NCBI RefSeq assembly: GCF_001194135.2
Contig: NC_068999.1
Location: forward strand, 13,489,146 to 13,553,145
Source of the DNA: Octopus bimaculoides
Lineage: Eukaryota
Direction: 5' to 3'
Length of the DNA stretch: 64,000 bases
Shown: piece by piece, positions 14,339 to 26,575 of the stretch
Position numbering within the stretch: position 1 is the first letter of the stretch
Layout of the letters: each line of letters opens with the position of its first letter
Notes under the pieces: generated by a model
The model's input: only the letters and a program-made list of their open reading frames with translations
Databases searched by the model: none
Told to the model about the DNA's origin: nothing
Translations under genes and position numbers: made by a program

Positions 14339-15589
14339 AACATATACTCACACACACAATCACCATTTGCTGTCCCGTTCACCCTAGCAATGATGTTTCG
14401 GTCGCAATATATAGTTATTTATGCGACTTAATTTGTTTATAAACTTCGGTGGTTGGATTGATGCATTATTCTCTTCAATCGTTGAACGGGTATTGAACAT
14501 CAAGTACGGCAAGCCAAACTTCAACGATGGGTTACAAGATTAATTTAAATCACGCTCTCCTACTATCAGTAATTATCAGGAGGACACTAATAAATTTTCA
14601 TCCGACAAACCTCCTATACCGAATGTATGATCTTGACTACTTTTCTTTTATCTTCTAACGCGTTGCTTTTCTAAAGAAGTCTCTTTGTGATAATCTGTGA
14701 TTATTAATTTAATTAGAAATAATGTTTTGCATCCGTTGCAAAAAATATGTGTCATACTGATCTCGGCGGATAACAGTAGCTAAAAGGAAATTAAGGATCA
14801 TTTAAATAGTTAACGATAGTCTTTATGCGACGATGGTGCCACTTATTTTACAAAGAAAACGACATAAAATTTGGATGTGCGATTAAACTTCTACCCAGAA
14901 AGTAAATGACTTCATTTTTATTGTTTTCTGCATTTCTATTTAATTACACTTCCTGATAAATATCCAAACAATAATGGAGCAAATACATTTCTTTACTTTT
15001 ATCGAAACGATTTTAATTAGAAAATACGTCGACATTTTTACGTTATTGAAGTGATATTAGAATTCATGAAAAATATATAACAACGGAGGTAAATGAAGCT
15101 TAAACTTAGCTTTCAGTTGCAATAATCCGCTACTTATATTATGATCCAAGTTTTACAGATGTAAAATATAAAAAGTATATACATTCATAGGAATATATTC
15201 AAAATCACACAATGCTAAATAGTTGAACAAGTGAATAGCTTTTAGTTACCACGAGTGCTTTACTTGTGAAACCAGTGGTAATTATCTCTTAGGAGATGCT
15301 GCATTTTCCACAAGGCTGATTGTAGTCACTGCGTGGATAAAGTATAACACTACTGACGTAAATCCAGCGGTGATTTTGCACCATAATGTTTTGTAACATT
15401 ATATATATATATATATATGCACAAGCCAGATGTATCTAAGAAGTTCAAATGCTGCTGAAATATAATGGCTATACATGTTGAAGTGCAAATTTAATACGTA
15501 TAAATCTTGGTTATGTTATATTGTTCATTTCTAAACATGGGTCATGTCATGCAGTTGTATGCTAGTGATAAGCATGTGATGTGACAAAA

Positions 15590-15783
15590 ACTTCCCTGCA
15601 ACGCTTACTTATGGGGACATAAACACACCAACATCGGTGTCAATTGATAGTAGAGGGAAAAAAACACTCACACATATATACATACATATAAATGTGTGTG
15701 TATATATATACATATACGCAATTAGACTGAACACGGAAATGTGCCGGTGCGAAACAATCTTATTACCACACAGCCACACCTGC
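15590..15783 (-). mobile_element. tRNA-derived SINE, family A, internally deleted
   Basis: ttatggggacataaacacaccaacatcgg...gactgaacacggaa...ttaccacacagccacacctgcg is the reverse of the family A head and body. Confidence 0.7.
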
Positions 15784-16504
15784 GACTATATATTTAATTT
15801 GAAAAAAATGAAATTATTACATTCTTGTTGTAAATTGTTATATTTATCATTTTTTTACAGAAATATGCATGCAAATTAAATATCCTAGGAAATATTTCCT
15901 ATATTTTAGAGAAAAACATATTATAATTAGAAGCATTGCCTATTTGAATGAATAGCTCCTTATGAATATGATATTATTTTGAAAACGAGAAACATATCCA
16001 TAATTTATTAGCAAGTTTTGTTAGGATTTTTATCCACACATGTTTATCAAACATCATTGTCTTTAAGAATTAATATAGTGTAATTGAACATTAGTATATA
16101 AAACATTACTTTTCTCATTTAATTTGTTTTTTTTTTTGTAATGCAGGCTATGATTTCGTAAACGGAATCAACTACTTATGCAGCCGCGCGGAAGAAGAAA
16201 ACCATATATGCTTGCTCATACGTGATACAGACTAGCAAAAAAGATAATTCAGAACATTGTACTAGTAAATGTGACTATGAACTCATCATATAACTATTGC
16301 AGGAATTTAATCCAAAACCAAATGTTCATGTGACGGAGGCCAGCCTATATATCTTACAAAACGCCAGTCCATACATCTTACAGTGAACATTGCTTCAGTA
16401 GTGGGAACTTGTGTTTTATAATCTGTTTGGAATTTTATTACGAAAGGTTCAGATCAATTTCAATTTTATAATTGGTATAAAAACTGGCACATGTTAAGCA
16501 AGTT

Positions 16505-16692
16505 AAAGGGAGGGATTTATTAATTGCAGCAATACAGTTATCTACAGGTCCTTATTTTATTGACCTCGAAAAGACGGAAGGACGGCAAGCAAAGTCGGCC
16601 AGGATTGAATTCGAACTTAGAATGTAAAGACGGACGAAATATTGGTAAGCATTGTGCCTGGTGTGCTAAAGATTCTCCGTGCTCGCCTCCTT
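16505..16692 (-). mobile_element. tRNA-derived SINE, family B
   Basis: ttattttattgacctcgaaa...aaagtcggcc...ttcgaacttagaatgtaaagacggacgaaat...gctaaagattct...ctcgcc, the reverse of the copy at 48808. Confidence 0.75.
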
Positions 16693-16720
16693 CATTTAAA
16701 TTGCAGAATTACTTTACCTA

Positions 16721-16853
16721 GAGGTGACGAGTCAGCAGAATAGTTACTGCGCCTGGAAAGATGTTTAATGCTGCATATTTCGACATTACATTCTGAGTTC
16801 AAGTACCACCGAAGTCAACATTGCATTTCATTCTCTCCAGTTCGATAAAATAA
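16721..16853 (+). mobile_element. tRNA-derived SINE, family B
   Basis: gaggtgacgagtcagcagaatagtta (A box)...ttctgagttcaagt (B box)...gtcaacattgcatttcatt...tcgataaaataa. Confidence 0.7.
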
Positions 16854-18692
16854 TTTTCTTTGTGTATAGCCTTTCTAGACGATATAATAAATATGCCTTG
16901 AGAAATTGTCTGTGTGTCTTAAACAAATATATCACATTGAATCGTTCTCATATGTCAAATCAGGACACTAATGTACTCAAAGAGTGTGCTGTCCCCATGC
17001 ACTCTCAACATACATATTTAAAACAATATCGTAGTGTCCGATAATTTTCTGAGAAGCTATGGGCATTTCCTCTATAAAAAAAAATGCTACATGGAATAAT
17101 ATTTATTCCGCATGTACATTAAAATGATAGTTTGCTTAGTGAACGTACATTCTATTATATGTATATGTGGCGTAATTTGGAAATGACAATTTGAAATTGA
17201 TTTTTTCATAGAATTGATATATCGTTTCTAGAAAGCAAGTCAGATTCAGTCTTGATATATCTTTTTTTATCGAATATGGTTCATTTTGTAAAATTATTTT
17301 CTTATAAAGTACAATATATTCTTTGGAAATGTGGCGTCATATTCTTCTGAACTTTAGGACAGGTTAAATTACAATTTTACATAATGCATTCATCAATGTC
17401 ATTTTCTCAATGAGTTTCTTACGATAGAAATATTCGTTGTAAATATAACTTCGAACCGATTGGAAAAATATTGCTTTATAATTATGTGTCCTTTTTATAT
17501 TCTAAAATATTGATGCTATAAATTAATTGCTTAAAATGTAGAATGTGTGTTTTAAACATACACAACAATTCGTATCATGCATCAATCGAGCGTCCATCAT
17601 TCGTTCAGATGTCTCTAGTTGACATCCAGTTACTAATGCATATTTGAAACTACTAAAACAGGACAAATGAAAATATAGCATAATCACATTTCATGTTGTG
17701 CGTTGGCAAAACTGTGAGAGTAAGATGTTAAATTCCTGACGCTGCATTTCCTTGGAGTTACAGCCATATGCAGCAATTGAAGTATCTGTAACAACTAGCT
17801 AAGTGGAGTACTACAAGTTGCATATATCAAATGGAAATTAGCTCCTTGTTTGCATATAATTGTTTAATTACACATCTGTCAAGGCACCGAGGACACGCAT
17901 TTCTGCTTATGTATCTGCCTCTGCGTGTGAACATGAACGTAAATATTTAGAATATATATAGGACTAGAAATATCTCAATGGCAACTGTCTAGATATAATA
18001 CAGTCCAGCTGACTAACTTCACCTGCATGAATTTATTGAGGTAACCACTACTGTTTAATATGCGGCATGAGCCATGACATTGTGGCTTAAGCGAATAATT
18101 CTCAATAAAACATTTACCATAACTCAGAGCATAACACAGACGTTAGGCGTTGAAATATGCTAGTGCCAATACATGCACAAACGTTGTCATCCGATTTACT
18201 TTGCGCATCATTTCTAAACTTATGATATGACAGAGATATCGTTGAAAGATACTTTCTAAGTAATATTGAGAATAGCGTGTGTCGATTGTCAATTACTTGT
18301 ATGGGTAAATTATATTTCGTTTCTTCATAGCTGTTTTGAGGTAGCGAAAATGGATGAAGGCGAAAGTATATGTGTAAAAAAAAAACCCAAAAACTTTTGA
18401 TGAAATTTGTAGATAATTTTCTTTATAAATATGTGAGTAGTCAATTGTCCCTCAGGGAGGGCTAGGAGTGAAATCTTTAATTTAGGATGCGGTTTATAAA
18501 AAGGCAAAAGAATGTAAAAAAATAAGAAAGGAAAATAAAAATAAATAGTAATGTCAAGGCTGGTATTTGATTTCACAAATATGACATCATTTGAATATGC
18601 GCGTACATAAATATATATAAAGATACATATGTACATGTATACACACACATATGCATACATGCATTTGTATACACACACACACACACACACAC

Positions 18693-18727
<35 letters not shown>

Positions 18728-20699
18728 AATATTTCTGTGTATGTGCGTGTATATATGTGTGTGCGTATTTGTAGCATAAAAACGTAGTACTTTCAAGTAT
18801 AACTAAGAAATAATTTCTGCTGAATATTCAGCTCCTTAAACACGTCAAATCGATAATGTTTACAAATAGTGATAGATAATACATTAAGTCATAATCATTC
18901 ATAATTGAAGAATAATTTTTCTGAAATCCTTAGAAATGATGCCATCAAAACACGACGTAATTTGTCTGTAGATTTAGATGAATAATTCAAATTATTAACA
19001 TTACATTAAATTATTATAATTTAATTTACATAATGCACCACAAATATATCTTTCTACATGTGACAGCGATTATCTGAAAGTAAAGAGACTCAAGAAAAAC
19101 TAAATAATATATGGAATATATGCTTCCCTGCATTGTAAATATATAATGTACTACTACAAAATAATTGTAAACAAACACTCACACACGTACACATACACAC
19201 AGACCGACACACACACAGACACACACACATACACACACACACATATGTAAGTATGCATCAAATATGAGTGTGTAGGTACGTAAGTTATAATAAACACGGT
19301 CATGCTCACACACGCGCACATATTTTTATATATATAACTCTACATGGTTGTATATATCTATGTAACTATAAATAAACAAAAATGTCTATCTCTCTCTCTC
19401 TATTTCCCTCCCTTTATGTATATGTGTGCGCGTATGTCTGTATGTATTTATGTATGTATGTGTGTATGTATGTGTGTATGTAGGTGTGTGTGTGTGTGGG
19501 TGTGTGTGTGTGTGTGTGTGTATGTGTGTATATATATATATANNNNNNNNNNNNNNNNNNNNNNNNNNNNNNNNNNNNNNNNNNNNNNNNNNNNNNNNNN
19601 NNNNNNNNNNNNNNNNNNNNNNNNNNNNNNNNNNNNNNNNNNNNNNNNNNNNNNNNNNNNNNNNNNNNNNNNNNNNNNNNNNNNNNNNNNNNNNNNNNNN
19701 NNNNNNNNNNNNNNNNNNNNNNNNNNNNNNNNNNNNNNNNNNNNNNNNNNNNNNNNNNNNNNNNNNNNNNNNNNNNNNNNNNNNNNNNNNNNNNNNNNNN
19801 NNNNNNNNNNNNNNNNNNNNNNNNTATATATATATATATACATATATATATATACACATACAAATGCACTCGTATTTATAAGACTTTGCTTACAAATTCA
19901 TTGTTTGTTGACTACACTGCTGACAGGTATAGAATGCGTTCATATGTTGTCTTTCTTTCTGCCTAAGTTTATCCGGAAGAGAAACTCGCTGTTGTATTAC
20001 ACTCATGCAGAAAAACGTTTCCAAGTGAGATGTTATTTTTACTATTTATACATTCATATCCGAATACATGAACCGTTGAGTTTATATGCATATTTGTAAT
20101 TACGTATATATACACCTATATTTGTATATACAGACATATATATACGTACATGTGCGTATGTGCATGTGCATGTGCGTACCTCTGTGTATGTGCGTGGGTG
20201 TTTGCGTGTGTATGTGTGAGAGAGTGCGTGCGTGTGTATAGGCGGATGAACGCATTGATTTGAAAGTCCTGAAGTTAAATTGTTACTTCTCTAATGAAGT
20301 TTGTTGTTTATAATTCTTTCGTTATTTTTCGAACAAGCCCTGTTCCCAGATATCGTAATTGAATTATTGGAAGCATGGAGAGTTTGCTGAAAATCGGAAG
20401 GCGGTGATTATCTCATGAACTACTTGTTCATTCTGAGTTTGATATATAAATCCAATAATAAATATTTTAGGATATTCAGTTGCATTTCATTTTATATTCT
20501 TCATATTTATATAACATTATAGGGCCATACCGCCCTATAAATGATACATACTCCAAATTAATATAAATGTGAACCCCCACTTCAGTGTTGTTTGTATCCT
20601 ATATGAAATATTTAATCCCTGTAATATCTACTATGTCTTAAGAAATATCATGCGATACTCGTGCAGTTAATTTCTGTGAGGTCAGCAATTTTATAGGAT

Positions 20700-20864
20700 G
20701 TGACAAATCCATTTCGTCGACCCAGTGATGCGTTTTTGTTGATGATCCTGAAAGGTTGAAAGGCGAAACGACCTCGGTGGAACTTGGACTCGGACAATGA
20801 AGCTGGATGAAATGGCGTTATGAACTTTACATTTTACCTGGCGTGATAACGATTCTGCCAGCTC
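20700..20864 (-). mobile_element. tRNA-derived SINE, family B
   Basis: tcgacccagt...cctgaaaggttgaaaggcgaaacgacctcggtggaacttggactc...taacgattctgccagctc. Confidence 0.75.
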
Positions 20865-22636
20865 AAAGTTTTAACCTTTTGAAATATCTATAAAAAAAAG
20901 TTATGAAGTATTATACTCAACCAATCCAGAATGGATATCTTTTAAAATTCTGACAATTTTTCGTTCGAAATGGCATGGATTTTACAAGAGCATCAACTAC
21001 TTTCTAAATATCAGTATCTTTACTGGAATTAATGAATTTTAAAACCAGATATTACCATTGTGTTACAAATTTATTAAACAAGCGCTTTCGAATTGAAGGT
21101 ACTACCGTTCTAATGAAAGGAAATATACCATATTTCCATTAACAATGATTATCGTTGCTTCATTTTCAGAATTTCAAAATATTTCTTTCTTTACTGTAAT
21201 CAGTATTATATAAGGAATTCAGAAAGAATAACATTCAGATGCTACTCAGCAAAAACAACAGATTCGTGAGCAATAACTGAGTGCATCAGATCTTCTCCCT
21301 CTGGATTGTAGCTTCCCCGAGTAATTAAAAGTAACTAATATAATTCACTGCTAAATGACAAGTCATATAATAAAGTCCTGGATATACATTGAAGTATTGC
21401 AGATCTGACAGACATCGCATACATGTGTTCTTATGTCAATATTTGGCAGAAAAATGCCTTTATAAGTATAATTGTATCTAGTTTTCGCCTCTGTAATTGG
21501 ATCGATATAGAATGTGAATATATTATATGGCACGTGGATCATTAAGAATTACAATGCTATTTCTTTAGGTATTCGACACAATTACGGAAAACAGATCTGA
21601 TTCTCAAAGTAAGACAACAGAAATCTTGGCAAATACATACTACGCAATGTTAAATGGCAAAGAGATATTTTACAAGATCGTACATTCTGTCCATACATAT
21701 AACAATGTAAATCTATACGAGTTATCAATATTCTACCTTTCATAATCTATGCACTTATCAAATACATAACATACAATTCTACGTTATATTACACATTATT
21801 ACTTGAATTCCATGCACGGACATGTGTGGGTTTGTATANNNNNNNNNNNNNNNNNNNNNNNNNNNNNNNNNNNNNNNNNNNNNNNNNNNNNNNNNNNNNN
21901 NNNNNNNNNNNNNNNNNNNNNNNNNNNNNNNNNNNNNNNNNNNNNNNNNNNNNNNNNNNNNNNNNNNNNNNNNNNNNNNNNNNNNNNNNNNNNNNNNNNN
22001 NNNNNNNNNNNNNNNNNNNNNNNNNNNNNNNNNNNNNNNNNNNNNNNNNNNNNNNNNNNNNNNNNNNNNNNNNNNNNNNNNNNNNNNNNNNNNNNNNNNN
22101 NNNNNNNNNNNNNNNNNNNNNNNNNNNNNNNNNNNNNNNNNNNNNNNNNNNNNNNNNNNNNNNNNNNNNNNNNNNNNNNNNNNNNNNNNNNNNNNNNNNN
22201 NNNNNNNNNNNNNNNNNNNNNNNNNNNNNNNNNNNNNNNNNNNNNNNNNNNNNNNNNNNNNNNNNNNNNNNNNNNNNNNNNNNNNNNNNNNNNNNNNNNN
22301 NNNNNNNNNTATACATATCAATCTATATATATAGCAGGCACTCTTATATATATATATATTCCCACGGATTATGTTTGTGGTATTTCTGATCAATTATGAT
22401 TTTTAAATTACGCCCAAAATCTGCAGCCTATAAATATGAGACGCTGACAGATTGATTAATGAGTGTTGCAGTTCTATTTAGCAAAACTGAAACTGACCAC
22501 AATTCGATGGCGATAAGACTTGTCAATAGAAAGTCTCAGAAGCAACGTAGAAATACTTATGTTTAGCTTCAACTAGCATCTCTACCACAAAGTCAATATC
22601 CAGCATCAAATTTGGAAAGCATAATCAGAATAGGAT

Positions 22637-22645
22637 CTTCTACTA

Positions 22646-22698
<53 letters not shown>

Positions 22699-22834
22699 GC
22701 CGCTGCTGCTGTCCCTCCTCCTCCTCCTTCTCCTCCCACTACTACTACTACTACTACTAATAATAATAATAATAGAAATAATATTAATAACAACAACATG
22801 AACAACAACAAAAACAATAATAATAATAATAATA

Positions 22835-22924
<90 letters not shown>
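22637..22924. repeat. Compound trinucleotide microsatellite (ACT)n(GCT)n(CCT)n(ACT)n(AAT)n
   Basis: Directly visible; source of the poly-T/P/N ORF 22612-22959. Confidence 0.95.
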
Positions 22925-22930
22925 GGAAAA

Positions 22931-24030
22931 GTGCAGCTAAAGCAAGATATTCTCTCTAAAGCACAAACAATCCACCGGCTTGAGGAATGCCAGCGTTTCT
23001 TTGAACAAAACAAACAGTTTAACTCCAAATCAGAGAGATTCTCCCTAGAATCTTGTAACAATATGATAGCGAGCAATGCAGCAAAAACAGCAGGATTTTG
23101 GAAAGGAATATGGTCGACGAAAGAAACACCTGAGAAAAGATCTAGCAAAACAATGAACACAGTACATGAACAGCTCTGAACCCCTGTAAAAACTGAAGAA
23201 ATCACACGGGTATTTCAAGAACTAAGCAATTGGAAGGCACCTGAGAACGTCAAGATCCCCAAAGTTTGGTTAAAATACTCTGGAAGAACATATAAAAAGC
23301 TGGCTGAGAAATTTGATGGAATAAGAGCAGAGCCAGAGACAAACACCAAAAATTAGAAACCAATAAATTGGCTCCCTGCGATTTACAAAGCCATTACTTA
23401 ATGATATCGCAGAGAATGACCAAAGAACTAGAAGAAAGAAACTGTTTCTAGAAGAGCAGAGGGGATACTGCAAGTGCTCAGACGGATGTAATGAGCAGCT
23501 ACTGATCAATAAAGCCATAACTGAAGACAGAAGCAGGAAAAAAAATGTCTAAGTATGTCCTGGATTGATTACCGAAAGGCTTTTTATATTATTCTGCACA
23601 TATGAATCCTAGACACTCTAGTCATGAAGGAAATATCACCAATAATCATAAAATTTATAAAACAGTCCATGAACAAATGGTAGACAGTGCTACATCTCCA
23701 GACAAAAGAGGGACTCCAAAAACTAAATCAATCCTTATTAGAAGAGGAATGTTCCAGGGAGGCACACACTCTCCACTCCTTTTCTGTTTGTCACGGACAA
23801 CCTCATCTTACATGCTAAACAGAACCGGATGCGGATGCAACAGTTACAGCAAAAGAATCAGCCACTCTTACATATGAACGATCGAAAACAGTTCGCTACA
23901 AATGGTAAACAGCTGATACATTATTACAGAGACCACGTGGTTTCATCTAAGAAAGACACTTGGAATTTAGTTCAGACAAATGTGCCAAAGCCAACTTGAA
24001 AGGAGGAAAACTAATTAAGATTAGCAAAAG
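22931..24030 (+). mobile_element. R4-clade non-LTR retrotransposon fragment (pre-RT region and RT), frameshifted
   Basis: Joined frames give QLKQDILSKAQTIHR, FWKGIWS, LSNWKAP, WLK, EQLLINKAI, WIDYRKAF, IRRGMFQGGTHSPLLFCL (23739-23790), LLHMNDRKQF, DKCAKANLKGGKL, all typical R4/Dong RT motifs. Confidence 0.9.
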
Positions 24031-24189
24031 ATTTGCTTCCACTGGTCAATTTCTGTACATTTGAATTTGAATTTAGTATAGAGCTGCTGCTAATTTTACG
24101 GTCCGTTCTGCTGCTAAATCTTTCGCACTGTTAGCTCAGCTGTTATAACACACAATAGAAATAATAGTGGTAATAACCCTCTCTTCTAA

Positions 24190-24387
24190 AGGCAGAATAC
24201 CTGAAATGTTTTGGGTAGTGATGAAACGATTACATTGACACCAATGTTTCACTGGTACTTAATTTGTCGACCCTCAAATGATGAAAGGAAAAGTCGAGCT
24301 CGACAAAATTTGAAATACGTGCGTAACGATAGACAAATTGCAGGTAAATATTTTGCAAGGCCTGTTAACAATTCTGCCATCTCGCCT
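24190..24387 (-). mobile_element. tRNA-derived SINE, family B
   Basis: actggtacttaatttgtcgaccctcaaatgatgaaaggaaaagtcgagctcgac...aacaattctgccatctcgcc. Confidence 0.75.
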
Positions 24388-25559
24388 AAGGAATGATAAT
24401 GATAATGATGTTGTTCAGAAAAGTAATTTAAATATTATGTTACGTCACATGAATTATAGATTTCATACGTAGGGACGTATGTACGTATGTATTTATGAGG
24501 GCAGTCGAATCAGAAAAAAGATTCTTACTCATTGCATGTTGCGTCTATGCAAGGAGAGCACTCGAATTAATAAAAATCTCAGATAACTCTATACCTATGA
24601 GTTTCACCATTAATGAAAAAAATAAATCAATTAATTACTCAATTGATTAATGAACCATTTGTGACTCGTCAATAAAGTCGCTGGAAAATGTATCATTATG
24701 AAACTATGATATGTACTAAGAACATTAAGCAAACATAAATTTAATGATTTTTACCTTGTATGTATGTGTATGCCGCTATGCATTTGAAATCATTTCACTG
24801 TGTTTGGCACAGGAACGTTTACTTTACAGGCCCTAGAAATATTTTATTCCGATTCCTCATCTCTCACAGTCCAAGGTTTAGTATTAGAATTTCTAGTAAA
24901 CATTTATTATTCTCGTAGATATTAACGGCGTTATAACTTTCTGTATTATTTACGATATTATGTGTTAGACGTCACAGGTTGCAATGATAAGTTTGAGAAC
25001 TTTTTTTTTTTATTCAGAATCGAACAAAACTAAATTTATATATTTTATAAAAAAGTCTTCAAAGATGGAAAGAAATAAAAATATACATTTGGGAATATTT
25101 ATCTCATATGTCAATCAATTTAATCTTTAGAATGAACATAAAAAATGTCGAATCTACAAAGGAGAAAATATAACATATCTCCAAATGATTGAGTTTCAAA
25201 ATGAAACTTTAAAACAGTACAGTTATTTTATGATTTCATTTTTCATCATATATTTTTGATTGGATTACAGTTTCTTGGAATATATTTCGAAACAAAGAAG
25301 AAAATGTATTTTTGTATTGTTGCACAGTAGGAAAAAAATCATTTTACTGCATAAAAAAAAAGAAGTATTTCCATAGAAAATCATTATTTTCCCTCCCGCT
25401 TGCTTTTCCTGAATGTTTTTCCTATTTTCTTTTACTGAAATAATGCATGAGATATTAAAGATAAACATTTCTATAGGAAAAAGAAAAATGGAAACATATA
25501 CTTTTGCATTTATCATATGATTTATCTGCTAATCATCCTATTATGTCAATGGATACCTT

Positions 25560-25900
25560 GATAAATAGCAGATTTGTGCTTGAATAAATCCCTCTGCTTT
25601 CATGTACATTCTATTGAGTAAATATTACACTGCAGCAGAATATAACAATGGAACTTGAAATACTTGACATTAGTAGTGAATATATTTTATCTTTGATTTT
25701 CTAACGCTAATCCCGCTACGCATTTGGAAATAGAAACACGTTACATAAATTACGTAAGAGAGAAATAATCGTTTTAGAAGTATGATATGAAAGATAATAG
25801 AGGTGGACGAGTTTGCTATGTAGCTGGTTCCATCCTGCTCGAAACTGTATATGAGCATAACTTTCAAAAGTGATAAAGAAGCAAACGTGAGGCGAATGGG
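25560..25900 (-). mobile_element. Decayed Tc1/mariner transposase remnant
   Basis: Minus frames FEQDGTSYIAN (about FQQDGATxHTA), KTIISL, KIKDKIY (about LKDKVY), AEG; many stops. Confidence 0.45.
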
Positions 25901-26403
25901 ATAGATACTTCATAATTTAAAAGCTATATTGTCAATAAAAAAATAATTAGAGAGAATAGTTTGTTGTATGCACCACAATTACAAAATTGGCTTTTAAACA
26001 ACTTTTTACATCGGAAATCAGTAAACAAATAATGAAACCAGTTTTATTGGAAAACACTGTTATATTAATTACAATCATAGAAAATCTATCGTTTGTTCAT
26101 CGTGGATTTTTTTCTTTTATATTATAAATTTTGCAATACGTTGCCACATGTACTTTTATAATGAGAAACTGGTTACCCTCCAATTATTTCCAATAGGTTT
26201 AGTGCCACACCCTTGTTTATACGACGGAGATAACACTTAAAAAAAAACTGAAATTGCAATGACATTCTTTCATTTCCAGTAATATGTCAGACATATCAAG
26301 GCCAATATAAATAACTACATAACTCAAAGTGAAGACAAACACAATTAGACTATTAAGAACATCAAAATAGATATATTCTCCTTGCTGATATATCCTAAAA
26401 GCA

Positions 26404-26575
26404 CCGGCCTGCTATAATGGTAAGAATCCTATAGAAATTAGTGGCAATTGATATCGGTATTTAGGATCTTGGTTCAAACAACACCGAGGCAAACTCTGCA
26501 TACCATCATTTTTGGATCGATAAATAAAGTATCAGTCAAGTAATCGATTGCTTGCTTCTCACAAATATTACTGGT
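26404..26575 (+). mobile_element. Degenerate tRNA-derived SINE, family B
   Basis: tataatggtaagaatc...cttggttcaaacaacaccgaggcaaactctgc...ggatcgataaataaagtatcag. Confidence 0.5.

Noticed and set aside
14385-14435. gtcgca/tgcgac stem followed by GAAAC on the minus strand
   Set aside because: The CUGAnGA half of the core is absent.
20517-20540. 9-bp perfect hairpin ttatagggc/gccctataa
   Set aside because: No downstream CTRR, so not a Helitron end; short enough to be chance.
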